Positions 1-12,705 of a stretch of DNA of 64,000 nt are shown in pieces. The stretch is from Bispira polyomma. Its lineage: Eukaryota. A program made the translations under genes and the position numbers. The notes beneath the pieces are model-generated. The model had not been told where the DNA came from. It did no database searches and saw only the letters and a list, made by a program, of their open reading frames with translations. Position 1 is the first letter of the stretch. Each line of letters opens with the position of its first letter. The stretch is taken from positions 62,806,001-62,870,000 of the forward strand of contig OZ287754.1 of NCBI GenBank assembly GCA_965649765.1, given 5' to 3'.

Positions 1-160
1 GTTTTTCCACATTTAGGTATTTAGGCTGATAATGATTCAAATTGAGCATCTGAATTATTGTGTCCTATGTAATTCTAAATAACTATTCATGTTGTCACAA
101 TACATAATACAATGACAGGACCTCAGATGAACCTGACTCTAGCTAACAAAAATATAGCCA

Positions 161-214
161 CAATGTCAACATATACTACAATGTCAACATATACTACAAT
201 GTCAACATATACTA
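161..214. repeat. 18-bp tandem repeat x3 (CAATGTCAACATATACTA)
   Basis: Three exact copies; single diverged copy at ~19389 in the paralogous intron. Confidence 0.9.
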
Positions 215-272
215 CACTAAATTTACAATTTAGTCATGTAACGCATTGTACAGCTAACCAACCTTCCACCTA

Positions 273-349
273 CCATTGCATTTGTCATTGCATTCTATTT
301 CCATAATAATGAGTCCAATCACACTGACTGCTGTTTTGGAAGAATTCCA
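273..349 (-). pseudogene. Pseudogenised exon 1 of TNFR-like (Grindelwald/BCMA-like) paralogue
   Basis: Minus strand reads MEFFQNSSQCDWTHY then, out of frame, MEIECNDKCN-G|GTAGGT. Collinear with 19607-19472 but with a 59-nt frameshifting deletion of the CRD core; flanks ~86-1210 align patchily to ~19319-20890. Confidence 0.8.
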
Positions 350-1237
350 TCTTTTCAATCAGTTTAGGGGATCTATTTATGATATTTGTTCAGCTGTTGT
401 TGTTTTCATATTTGAAACTACATCAAGGTGTTAGCACTTTTAAGATATTTCACAGAGTTCCACTTTAAATTGCTGGTTTCTGTCATTAATTTTTATTGGT
501 TTAGACCCAGTCACATGACAATGATTACCCTCATACGATAATTTTATGGTCAGAATTGCTACCCAACAATGTAATATATCACAAGATCAGTCGAAGTTTT
601 TTTTTCTACTTATAATATATTTTTTTGCAAATATTCATGACTTAAGCAATAACAAATTAATAGTAAATCCTCAGGTAGTAGCAGTCCAAATCTTAGTTAG
701 CCAAAAAATGAATGCTAGTAACTCAATTTGTGGTTAAAAACAGTTGCCCAAACTTCACATAATGGCTGTTCAAGTCTAAAGTGTAAACCACTTGACACCA
801 GCTATCCAATCTTTTATTTATTCATATAAACCATGCTCTTTACAAAAAAAACAAAAAAACAAGTAACACATACACACAAACAAATCCCCACTTCAAATAC
901 ACCTCAATGTAAAATACTAGATCTTTACAAGTAACTTAATTTATACTTCGTACAAAACTGTTAGCTTTGAGTTATAAATACTTTAGGTTACTTAACATTT
1001 AATCACTTTTTACGCTAAAATGACTACATTTCTGATCGAATAAATGGCAATTTGGTCACAACCAACTCTTTCATAACTTTTCATGTTACACACATTATAT
1101 TTACCATTTTCTCAATCCTGAACATTGATCTGTGTCAACAAAACAGCTTTGTCATCATAAAATGCCCCATTCCTTGTGCAAACTCCCGAGGTAGTCCCAT
1201 TTTTAAAAGTTACTTAGTTCATTTCAAGTTGAACTTG

Positions 1238-4200
1238 TTTGTGCCATATGGTGGTGGAGAGCAGAGTTTAGGTTTGGCCTTTTTGTATCATACAGTGGTG
1301 GAGAGCAGAGTTTAGGTTTAGCCTTTTTGCATCATACGGTGGTGGAGAGCAGAGTTTAGGTTTAGCCTTTTTGTATCATACGGTGGTGGAGAGCAGAGTT
1401 TAGGTTTAGCCTTTTTGTATCATACGGTGGTGGAGAGCAGAGTTTAGGTTTAGCCTTTTTGTATCATACAGTGGTGGAGAGCAGAGTTTATTTTTGGCCT
1501 TTTTGTATCATACAGTGGTGGAGAGCAGAGTTTAGGTTTGGCCTTTTTGTATCATACAGTGGTGGAGAGCAGAGTTTAGGTTTAGCCTTTTTGTATCATA
1601 CGGTGGTGGAGAGCAGAGTTTAGGTTTAGCCTTTTTGTATCATACAGTGGTGGAGAGCAGAGTTTAGGTTTAGCCTTTTTGTATCATACAGTGGTGGAGA
1701 GCAGAGTTTAGGTTTAGCCTTTTTGTATCATACGGTGATGGAGAGCAGAGTTTAGGTTTGGCCTTTTTGTATCATACAGTGGTGGAGAGCAGAGTTTAGG
1801 TTTAGCCTTTTTGTATCATACGGTGGTGGAGAGCAGAGTTTAGGTTTAGCCTTTTTGTATCATACAGTGGTGGAGAGCAGAGTTTAGGTTTAGCCTTTTT
1901 GTATCATACGGTGGTGGAGAGCAGAGTTTAGGTTTAGCCTTTTTGTATCATACAGTGGTGGAGAGCAGAGTTTATTTTTGGCCTTTTTGTATCATACAGT
2001 GGTGGAGAGCAGAGTTTAGGTTTGGCCTTTTTGTATCATACAGTGGTGGAGAGCAGAGTTTAGGTTTAGCCTTTTTGTATCATACGGTGGTGGAGAGCAG
2101 AGTTTAGGTTTAGCCTTTTTGTATCATACGGTGGTGGAGAGCAGAGTTTAGGTTTAGCCTTTTTGTATCATACAGTGGTGGAGAGCAGAGTTTAGGTTTA
2201 GCCTTTTTGTATCATACGGTGATGGAGAGCAGAGTTTAGGTTTGGCCTTTTTGTATCATACAGTGGTGGAGAGCAGAGTTTAGGTTTAGCCTTTTTGTAT
2301 CATACAGTGGTGGAGAGCAGAGTTTAGGTTTAGCCTTTTTGTATCATACAGTGGTGGAGAGCAGAGTTTAGGTTTGGCCTTTTTGTATCATACGGTGGTG
2401 GAGAGCAGAGTTTAGGTTTAGCCTTTTTGTATCATACAGTGGTGGAGAGCAGAGTTTAGGTTTAGCCTTTTTGTATCATACGGTGGTGGAGAGCAGAGTT
2501 TAGGTTTAGCCTTTTTGTATCATACGGTGGTGGAGAGCAGAGTTTAGGTTTAGCCTTTTTGTATCATACAGTGGTGGAGAGCAGAGTTTATTTTTGGCCT
2601 TTTTGTATCATACAGTGGTGGAGAGCAGAGTTTAGGTTTGGCCTTTTTGTATCATACAGTGGTGGAGAGCAGAGTTTAGGTTTAGCCTTTTTGTATCATA
2701 CGGTGGTGGAGAGCAGAGTTTAGGTTTGGCCTTTTTGTATCATACGGTGGTGGAGAGCAGAGTTTAGGTTTGGCCTTTTTGTATCATACAGTGGTGGGGA
2801 GCAGAGTTTAGGTTTAGCCTTTTTGTATCATACGGTGATGGAGAGCAGAGTTTAGGTTTGGCCTTTTTGTATCATACAGTGGTGGAGAGCAGAGTTTAGG
2901 TTTGGCCTTTTTGTATCATACGGTGGTGGAGAGCAGAGTTTAGGTTTAGCCTTTTTGTATCATACAGTGGTGGAGAGCAGAGTTTAGGTTTAGCCTTTTT
3001 GTATCATACAGTGGTGGAGAGCAGAGTTTAGGTTTGGCCTTTTTGTATCATACGGTGGTGGAGAGCAGAGTTTAGGTTTAGCCTTTTTGTATCATACGGT
3101 GGTGGAGAGCAGAGTTTAGGTTTAGCCTTTTTGTATCATACGGTGGTGGAGAGCAGAGTTTAGGTTTGGCCTTTTTGTATCATACAGTGGTGGAGAGCAG
3201 AGTTTAGGTTTAGCCTTTTTGTATCATACGGTGGTGGAGAGCAGAGTTTAGGTTTGGCCTTTTTGTATCATACAGTGGTGGAGAGCAGAGTTTAGGTTTG
3301 GCCTTTTTGTATCATACGGTGGTGGAGAGCAGAGTTTAGGTTTAGCCTTTTTGTATCATACGGTGGTGGAGAGCAGAGTTTAGGTTTGGCCTTTTTGTAT
3401 CATACGGTGGTGGAGAGCAGAGTTTAGGTTTGGCCTTTTTGTATCATACAGTGGTGGAGAGCAGAGTTTAGGTTTAGCCTTTTTGTATCATACGGTGATG
3501 GAGAGCAGAGTTTAGGTTTGGCCTTTTTGTATCATACAGTGGTGGAGAGCAGAGTTTAGGTTTAACCTTTTTGTATCATACGGTGGTGGAGAGCAGAGTT
3601 TAGGTTTAGCCTTTTTGTATCATACAGTGGTGGAGAGCAGAGTTTAGGTTTAGCCTTTTTGTATCATACAGTGGTGGAGAGCAGAGTTTAGGTTTGGCCT
3701 TTTTGTATCATACGGTGGTGGAGAGCAGAGTTTAGGTTTAGCCTTTTTGTATCATACGGTGGTGGAGAGCAGAGTTTAGGTTTAGCCTTTTTGTATCATA
3801 CAGTGGTGTAGAGCAGAGTTTAGGTTTGGCCTTTTTGTATCATACAGTGGTGGAGAGCAGAGTTTAGGTTTGGCCTTTTTGTATCATACAGTGGTGGAGA
3901 GCAGAGTTTAGGTTTAGCCTTTTTGTATCATACAGTGGTGGAGAGCAGAGTTTAGGTTTAGCCTTTTTGTATCATACGGTGGTGGAGAGCAGAGTTTAGG
4001 TTTGGCCTTTTTGTATCATACGGTGGTGGAGAGCTGAGTTTAGGTTTAGCCTTTTTGTATCATACGGTGGTGGAGAGCAGAGTTTAGGTTTAGCCTTTTT
4101 GTATCATACAGTGGTGTAGAGCAGAGTTTAGGTTTGGCCTTTTTGTATCATACAGTGGTGGAGAGCAGAGTTTAGGTTTGGCCTTTTTGTATCATACGGT

Positions 4201-4338
4201 GGTGGAGAGCAGAGTTTAGGTTTAGCCTTTTTGTATCATACAGTGGTGGAGAGCAGAGTTTAGGTTTAGCCTTTTTGTATCATACAGTGGTGGAGAGCAG
4301 AGTTTAGGTTTAGCCTTTTTGTATTATACGGTGGAGGA
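1238..4338. repeat. 44-bp minisatellite, ~70 copies (RGTGGTGGAGAGCAGAGTTTAGGTTTRGCCTTTTTGTATCATAC)
   Basis: Period 44 (e.g. 1337 to 1381); near-identical units, no unique spacers. Confidence 0.98.
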
Positions 4339-5242
4339 AATGAGAACAGGGTACTCAGAGGTACAATTATATTTTATCCACCTTGGCAGCCCGTGGAAAG
4401 CTGACGTAATGTCTTTGGAAGAAGGGGTTGGATTGATACAAGTATAAAAAGACAACCCCTTTAAAAGGAGTGTACAGGATAACAAGTATCAAAAACTTGG
4501 TGTACTAAAATTGAACCATTTTAAATTTACTTTGTTTTATAGTTTTAGTATAACTAATCTCTGGTCATGCCACGAGTAAAACTGGTACATTGTAGCAAGT
4601 GGGTGCAAAAACATAAGAGACCTACTGGTTGGAATAGTAACGTTATGCTCGATCGGTCCACTGAGGAAGCTGACACTGACCCGAGTAATAACACCCTGCC
4701 TAATTCCACTCCAGATGGTGCGCAATCGGTATTGTCACCAGCTATATTGTCACAATTGGTATTGCCACAAGCTATATTGTCACTGTTATTTAGGTTGAAC
4801 CAAATAGTGGAAAAAATGGACAAGCGGGTGCAGTTCACGGAAGTGGCGTTAGCAGGAAGCACCTCAAAGGATCAGGGCAGTATTACTCTATCAAATAATT
4901 CACCTGTAGACTCTAGTGATAGCCATAATGGTCGCACTGAGAGTAGTATTGTCCCAAATGTAGATTTTCTTTAGCATAATGTTGAGATTCAGACTCAGGT
5001 TAAGCATAATTTCAAGAAGCTGAAGAAAATCAATGAGAGTCCCTCGCAAGGTAGGGTAAAATTCTAATGCGGGGGTGGTGGATTTGTGGCTTAACTAGGA
5101 TCATCAGCCAGGAAGAAAAAAATGTCGAAACAAAAACAGCCATGTTGGACTGTTTGACTTGCAATGTAGTCGTCCTCACCAATATGGAAATCTACATGTT
5201 GAACTAGAGAGATATTGATCAGGCTGATCGGATCAGACTATA

Positions 5243-8065
5243 GTATCTTTGAAAATATAGTCATAACAGCTGCTTTTCCAGATCATAGCTTGACTTTTGT
5301 ATCCCTCCTACTTCCAATATGACAAGTTTTCTGGATGACTTCTTATCATATATGAGTTTTCTCAGCTCTACCAGCTCCTCAGTGGTGACTTTAATATTCA
5401 CAATAATGCCAATTTTAGCTCTATACTGGATTCCTGCAATTTAACTCATTATGTTTCCACTTCCACCCACAATCACAGACACATTTTAGACGTCATTCTG
5501 GCTCCCACAGATCTTGAGTTAGTTAGAAATACAAGGTGCTCAGGTTTCACATCTGATCATGCAGTTTTTCATGCGACGTCAACATAATACCTCAAACCGA
5601 ATCAGTCAGCTTCAGGTGTTATCACTGTATTGACATGTGCAAACTAAAGCATGACTTGTCTACCATTCCCTTTGTCCTCGACCCTTGCAAAAATGCTACT
5701 GACTTGTATAATCAATATTTTCACCTTAAACTCTTACTTGACAAACATGCCCCAGTTAAAACTAGATTACTAAAAAAACCAGCACCAAAATGGGTTGCTG
5801 AAGCATACCGCACGGCTAAAGTACTGCGCCGTCAATAAGAAACAGCCTAGTAAAAGGAGAAGAGTCCACTAAAAAGATTCAGATTAAGGAAACAGGTTGC
5901 ATGGTGCAATAAATTGATAAATAGAGAAAAAAAAGATCACTACAAATCAGTCATTGAAAATTCACAAAACGAGCAAAGGCTGTGGCAAGAATTGCGTAGA
6001 GTCCTCTATACCACACCTGAGTCCATCCTTCCAGGACTTAAATCAGAAAAATCTCTGGCAGTGAAAAAATTAAGAATATCAAAAACATGTTCTCTGGCTC
6101 GAATACATAATGAATCCCACATCCAGACCTCCACCAAATTTCTCTGGCTTTACCCAAGTTTCACAAGATGAATTCCTAAAAACTATTAATGATTCCCCCA
6201 CTAAATCCTGTATGTTAGACCCCTGGTCAACCTTCCTGGTGAAGGAATGCGTCAATATACTTCAACCGTCTATCACCAGACTTGTCAACCACTTTCTTGC
6301 AGAGGGTATTGTGCCTGATAAATTCAAACAGGCTGTAGTAACTCACCTTATAAAGAAACAATCGTTACCAAAAAATGACCTTAAAAATTATAGGCCAGTA
6401 TCGGGCCTATGTTTCATCTCCAAGCTAATGGAAAGGATTGTTTCAAAACAAAAACAGAACATATCAATATAATGGGTTTAGGTAATCTTCTGCAATCTGC
6501 TTATAAACAGGGCCATTTCCACTATTCCATTCATTTCTATCCATCAAAAATGAAGTACATATATTTCTTTCAAAAGGCACTAGTCCTCCTCGACTTGTCG
6601 GTAGCTCTCGATATTATTGATCATGCTACCTTACTTGAATACTTATCATCCTGGTTCGGCTTTCATGGTACAATTCTCGAATGGTTCACTGCATATCTCT
6701 CAAATATATATCAGTCTGTCAAAATAGGCTCCACTCTGTTAAAGGGGCCGCGGTGGCCTAGTGGTTAATAACCATTGCGCTTCACAATCACTGGTCTCTC
6801 ACCTCTGAGGGGTGTAAGTTTGATTCCTGTCGATGCCTATGTGGGAAAGGTAGTAGTTCCTTACTGTGGTCCGCTGGTTTCAGTTCAGCGGCCCTGATCA
6901 ACTGTATGCAGTGTTCCCTCCAGTGTTTCCAACTACCCGTCCCAATATAACCTAAACAGGTACTAGAATGGATGTTAAATATTCCAATTCAAATCCACTC
7001 TGTTAGAGTTGTTTAAGCTTGAGTTTGGTGTTCCACAAGTGTCAGTTCTGGGCCCAATCTTGTTTTATGTGTACACTACTCTGATTAGCTATATCATCAG
7101 CAAACATAGCAATATCAAGTATCACTTTTCTACTGATGACACATATCTGTTCTCGACATTCTAAAAAGTTTTCTCAGTGATGTTCGAAAATGAATGTTGG
7201 CCAACAGTTTATACTATTTGGATCAAGGGCACAGGCTGATAGATTTATGAATTTTTTCCCAGTCAACATTTTAGGAGACATGGTGTACCCTGCAAGTGCT
7301 GTCAAAAACCTGGGGGTGTGGTTCAATTCTACGTTTTCCTTCTCCAAACATGTTCATGAAGTTTGCAAGTCTTGTATCATGTAAATGAGGGATCAAAGAA
7401 AAGTTAGGCGCTATTTGCCAACCAGTACTGCTACTATAGTCGCATATGCCCTTGTTACAAGTCATCTGGACTACTGTAATTCTCTTTATAGAAGTTTATC
7501 CAAGGCTGACATCCGTAAGTTGCAATGCATCCAAAACTCATTTGGCAGACTGGTGGCCAACTATTCTAAGTACTCCTGTGTTACTCCAGTCTTATGAAGT
7601 CTCCATTGGTTACCCATTGAGTTTAGATGGATGTTCAAAACAGCTACCTTAGTTTTTACAAAATTTTTAAATTATGGCCTTCCAGCCTACTGGAATCCAC
7701 ACCTCATACTTTACACAGGCAGTCATAATACCAGAAGGAGCAAACCGTAAAAAAGTTACCTGACCGTTCCAAGATTTATCTCAGCAATACACAAATCTAA
7801 ACGTCAGTTTAACAATATCTTTGCCCATGATGCTCCAACACTTTGGAATGAATCACCTGCCGAAATTCGTTGTGCAATCTTACTCACATCCTTTAGAAAA
7901 AAACTTAAAACCTTCTTATTAGACAAGATTTTTCAACCATAGCCCTAAATTCACCCGGTGTCTCCAATTTGTTCACTTACGGAAATGCAAATTAAATAAG
8001 GATACTGCCTGTGCCTTAGAACCCTTTAATAAGGAGAGATTAAGCCCCATAAAAGTTAGATTAGA
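5243..8065 (+). mobile_element. CR1/L2-group LINE, 5'-truncated and degenerate (partial APE endonuclease + RT)
   Basis: Fragments KSCMLDP, KNYRPVSGL.FISKLMERIV, LLDLS.A.DIIDH, FGVPQ.SVLGP, KNLGVWF, LDYCNSL, FRKKLKTFL; 3' tail near 8010-8065. Confidence 0.92.
6742..6993 (+). mobile_element. tRNA-derived SINE (family 1) inserted in LINE RT
   Basis: GGGGCCGCGGTGGCCTAGTGG head (A box); 12-bp TSD TCCACTCTGTTA at 6730-6741 and 6994-7005; homologous to copies at 39671, 51623 and 58361. Confidence 0.92.
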
Positions 8066-9097
8066 TCCGAAGGTCCTATTGCCAGAGATATATCAGTACG
8101 AGTATGTCTTCATTTAGTTCTGGGGTTAGGTAGTGCCAAACAAGCACAGTAAAGTTGGGTTAAGTTACATGTCACTTCTTTCAGGAAGGAAATTATAAGT
8201 CCCCAAAGAGTCATAAAAAACAGTGGTCAATATTACAAGCATACGTGTGAGACATGTGAGGGAACACATTAAACAAGTGTATGTGCAAAGACAGCTCGGG
8301 GGCCACTGCAACAGTTCAGTGGGAAATACAAACAACCCGCATGAAACACATAGTAGAGTAGTTTATAAAACTAGTTTTAGAAATTTCCAATTGTTGGAAA
8401 AAAATGTTGTACAGAAAATGTTTCAATATATGAAATATAAAAAACCAAATATCAGTTATACTGATGTGGTGAAGGGAAAAAAGTGTGAAACAATATGTCA
8501 ACCAGCTTGTCCTATGTTCACGAGCGTCAGCAAAGCAAAAGCAGAAACAATGGTCAGTAGTGACATTGAAATCTGCAGCCTCAACAAAAACAAGCAGTCA
8601 TCACCAAATGGTGACACAGTCCTTAAAGTTTAGGCCTGAGTTGAACAAGGTCATGAAAACTTTTCACTTGTTGCCTATTTAACTATCAGGCTGAGAATGA
8701 CCTTTCCTTAGAAAAGGGCGACAAAATCTGATATTTCTCTAGTCTCTTATTGGACAATACAAATAAAAAAAAATTACTAGCAACAATTACCGTAAGGCTG
8801 TGTCGTTTAGTGACTGATAGGTCATGCTTATTTCATATGCAGTGACTGTAACAGTCCCTAAAGTTTCAGCCTGAGTTGAACAAGGTCATATGTATTTTCA
8901 AGGTCATATTCATATAGCAAGGTCATATATTCAAAAGGTCATATTCTTATATCTCTGTTGTGGGTTTTTTTGATGAGAAAACATGTGATGCTGTTTGGGA
9001 TAGTTTTTTAGTAACAGTTTTTTAATTTTACAACTATACAGGAATTTTAAAATATGTTGATTTTTTAAAATTTTTGTAAAATATGCCAAACCCAAAA

Positions 9098-10071
9098 TTA
9101 AAAAGAGGGGGAAATGATTGCAGCAAAAGTATCTGGGATAATAGAAGCTGCATGAGATGTTGATTCTAAATAGTCCCAAACAGCATCAGACTTCCAACAT
9201 TGATGTTTTTGGATATTTTGAAGTTTTACATTGCTGTTGAAGGCCAGAGATGCCCCTGACTTTCTAAAGCAATGAAAAGAATGACCAATGTGTGGGATTT
9301 GACTCCTTTGTAGTATCTGTTTTAATCTGAGCTGTGTATCAGTTGTGCATCTACCTCTGTTTTTTGGATTTGCCAAAAGAGGAGCCTGTTTCTCTAGAGG
9401 ATATTTGTTCAATGGTGTTTTGGCTGCCGCCACTGGACATAACCAGGGATTCTTTAAACTTCGCAGTTGTATGACATTATGTTGATTTTTTGATTGATTT
9501 GTTTTAGACCACTTTAGAATTAAGTAGATACCAGGTGGTTCAAAAATGATGTCCGATCTTGTTATATGTCTTGCGGAGTCAAATTCTGTGAGTTATGTTG
9601 GTGTCAGGTTTGATCTCCTGAGAAAACCAAAGAATGCAAATAGAAATGCTGTTCTGTAGAGTTCTGGGAAGTTTGTCAGTTGACACTGTTTTGATATTAA
9701 ATGCAGTTGATTTAAGTCGAAACACCCTTTGGTGTGGGCTTAAATGTTGATGTCAAAACCTGAGATTTCTGATATAGTGCAATTCTTGGGTCATATAATT
9801 GTGCATCCATTTTTTTGAATTTCTTTACATAGTATCGGATGGAAGCCAAATAGTTATTTATCACCCTGTATGAAAGACTTTTTTCTTGGAGAAATTCCAA
9901 AAAAAGCCAGAACTGTACAGATACTGAAGGTAGTTGTAATATCATAATATATCTGAAATGCCATGTACAGCCTTATTTGGCCGTGGTACTGTCTATTTGT
10001 CTTTGGTCTGTGACTGTCATCAAGTCTCTTGAGGGCCTTACGTACTAGGGATTGTATCCTGTCTGTCGATC
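9098..10071 (-). pseudogene. Tyrosine recombinase of YR element
   Basis: N-terminal LVRKALKRL..SHRPKT...Y, GFLRRSNL, KWSKT, LCPVAA, HCFRKSGAS, W.SDAVWDY (R..K..HxxR..W..Y pattern). Confidence 0.92.
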
Positions 10072-10092
10072 CTGAAATTAGATGTCCCTATT

Positions 10093-11704
10093 TTATATAA
10101 ACATGTCAATTGGTACATGTTCCATGTTGAAATTTTCACTTAACAATGTCTTTATTTCTGTGGCATAAGGCCCTAGTTTCTGCCATCTAGACAGTATATC
10201 AGGTATTATGTTTAATTTCCCTGGTATATGTTCAATGCTGATCCCAATATCTAGTGTTGCACATGTTAACCATAAATTCCTTAAACAGGTGCTCAAATAT
10301 GTGTCCTTACTTTTTGCTGACTGCACCAGGGCTACGACATTGTCAGATTTGATTTTTACAGTCTTATTTGTCCAGTCTTTAGTCCATAATTTGAATGTTA
10401 TTATTATACTAAGCATTTCAAAATGCACATTTGTTAGATTTTTTCTAATACAAACGAAAAGTGGAGCTGCAAATACATTTCTATTTGAAATACCACCTAT
10501 ACCTTCTAGACATGCATTCACTTGTAATAATTCTTCATATGTTTGTGTTTTATACACATAGCTACTACGTTGAATGTAAACAAGAACTGAATAAACCAGT
10601 TTAAGTCTTTGAGGAATTCTTCCGTCAATTTTATTCTTTTTAAACTTGTATGATCTCTCAGTAATTGCCACATTCTGTTCATAAAGACACTTGCTGGTTT
10701 TATGCACCTATGTATGCAGAGTAATTTTCCTAAAAGTGACTGGTATTTATTCTTTGTCACTTTTTTAAGATCACGGAAACTTAAAAATGTCTCGTATATG
10801 GTTTTTAACTTTTCTTCTTCAATATTTAACGAGCCTGCGTCAATACCAATAGTAATGGCCATACACGTGACCTTTGTATCTGGTGGTACTAGTTTCTTTT
10901 TATTTATGGGCAGACCTAAATCTTTGGGTATTTTTTGTAAAAATTCATAGGCTAAGGTAGCCTTATGTTTTGTCGATATGATTACAAAATCATCGATGTA
11001 GTTAAAGACTTTAAATCCGTTTTGTTCCATAATATACGTCACTGCATCCAAATAAAGACAGCCGTTCCATGAGTCAGACCAAACGTCCACGCAAGATCGA
11101 CGTAATGGTTTCCGTTCCATTGATACTCGAGTTAAAGACTGTCACAGGGATCAACCCTCAAATTACGGAACGCATGGGCTATGTCAACCTTTGCTAACAT
11201 TGCGTCCTCTAAAGTCTGAATATGTTGAACTATTTGATCTATTGTAGGCAGTTTAAGTTCAAACCTTATGTTGTCATAAATATTTTTATATGTTCAATCG
11301 TTCACTGAAAATCCCATCGGATATGACAAATTTAGTATTAACCGTCTTTGGTTATTGTCCTTTGGTCTTGTCAAAAAAGGAGAGCAATGGAATTCCTCAT
11401 GAATTTTTCCATTAATTGATCCTATAACTGTTCCTTGTTCTAGTTCATTATTAAAATAAATATCAATTTTTTTCTGGGTATTGTCGTGCCGAATGGTGAT
11501 TTTCAATATGTTTGTGTTCAATCTGTTCCTGTCATATAGTGGTCTTGGAAATCCAAATTCTAAATACTTTAATACTTGTTGGTCTTCATAGTCTTTTAAG
11601 TATTTTCTCCAGTTCCCTATATTGAGTCCTGATCTGATAGGTATAAGTGCTGCCTTATAGTTTTCTAGTCCAGTACTTTTTATTATGTCTGTTACCGTAA
11701 CCAA
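10093..11704 (-). pseudogene. Reverse transcriptase + RNase H of YR element
   Basis: SPFLTRPKD..RRLILNLSYP, NYIDDF, SLLGKLL, KDLNWF, NACLEGIGG, EMLSI, KSDN, HIPGKLNIIPDILSR. Confidence 0.93.
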
Positions 11705-12705
11705 TTATTTGTAGCTATCTATGTCTACTGTTTCTCTACTAGGTCCTTTAAACGAGTAGTCAATTTTGTCTAGAGGTATAAAATCATAAGTCCTCTGATC
11801 ATCTATCTGTTGACTTTTATTTGTCGTTATTTGTCTATTATCCTGTGATTCTACTTTCCATGTTTCATTTTCTATTTCTTGTAATAATGTACTAATTATT
11901 TGTGTTGTATGTTCTTGGTTGTCATGATGTATATTCTGTCTGTCTTTGTTTTCTGTATGCCTTGTCATTTCTGTTGTTATTTTGTCATTCATAATGACCT
12001 CATGTGTCTGTACAGTGTGTTGTATGTGTGCATTTTCATTTTTACTTATTTGTTCAATGTTGTGACACATATTGTCAATATAATATTCTGCTGTATGTGT
12101 TTTTGTTCTCGTGTGTACTGTTCTAGATCGGTGTTTGTTCCAATGGTTTTGTTTTGTTTTTGTCTTACTCTTGTGATTTCTTGTAAATATGTTAACACAT
12201 GTTGTTATACAAAAACAAACAGGCCAGATTTCCCTTAGGACATATGTGACTGGCTGAAATACATGCATGTCATTGATAAACAACTTTCTGTATAACCCTG
12301 TGTACTCAGGGTTATCTCTACATACTAAATGGTACATTACTACTTCACTGTTCAGTATCTTAGTAGTGCTACTATATACATCTACTAACATATTTTTAAT
12401 GTCATTATCTCTCGAGTCTTGTAACCATATCTGCTCTTTGTTCTGGTTATTATCTACACCATAAGCATTGTCCGCTATAACATGATTTACATTATTTTTA
12501 CACATATCATACCTTATCATATTGTCCTAATATATTGTTTCATTATCTCTGTTCTTCATATTATTATTACTGTTCTCTAGTTCGGGTTTAATCTTAACAC
12601 TCTGTGAATCATATCTAGTATTGTTCTGATAAAAAACATATTCACTATTTTCCGCTATTTGCTTATTTAAATCTAACTTGTTATACACTGATTCATAAAT
12701 CGGTA

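Noticed and set aside
112-306. ORF with TMSTYT repeats
   Set aside because: Product of an 18-bp intronic repeat, antisense to the receptor pseudogene.
1238-4338. CRISPR array or telomeric repeat (TTTAGG motif)
   Set aside because: No unique spacers, no cas genes, eukaryotic context; TTTAGG is only a small part of a 44-bp unit.
11900-12238. Cys-rich hydrophobic ORF on + strand
   Set aside because: Antisense shadow of the A/C-rich YR element ORF.
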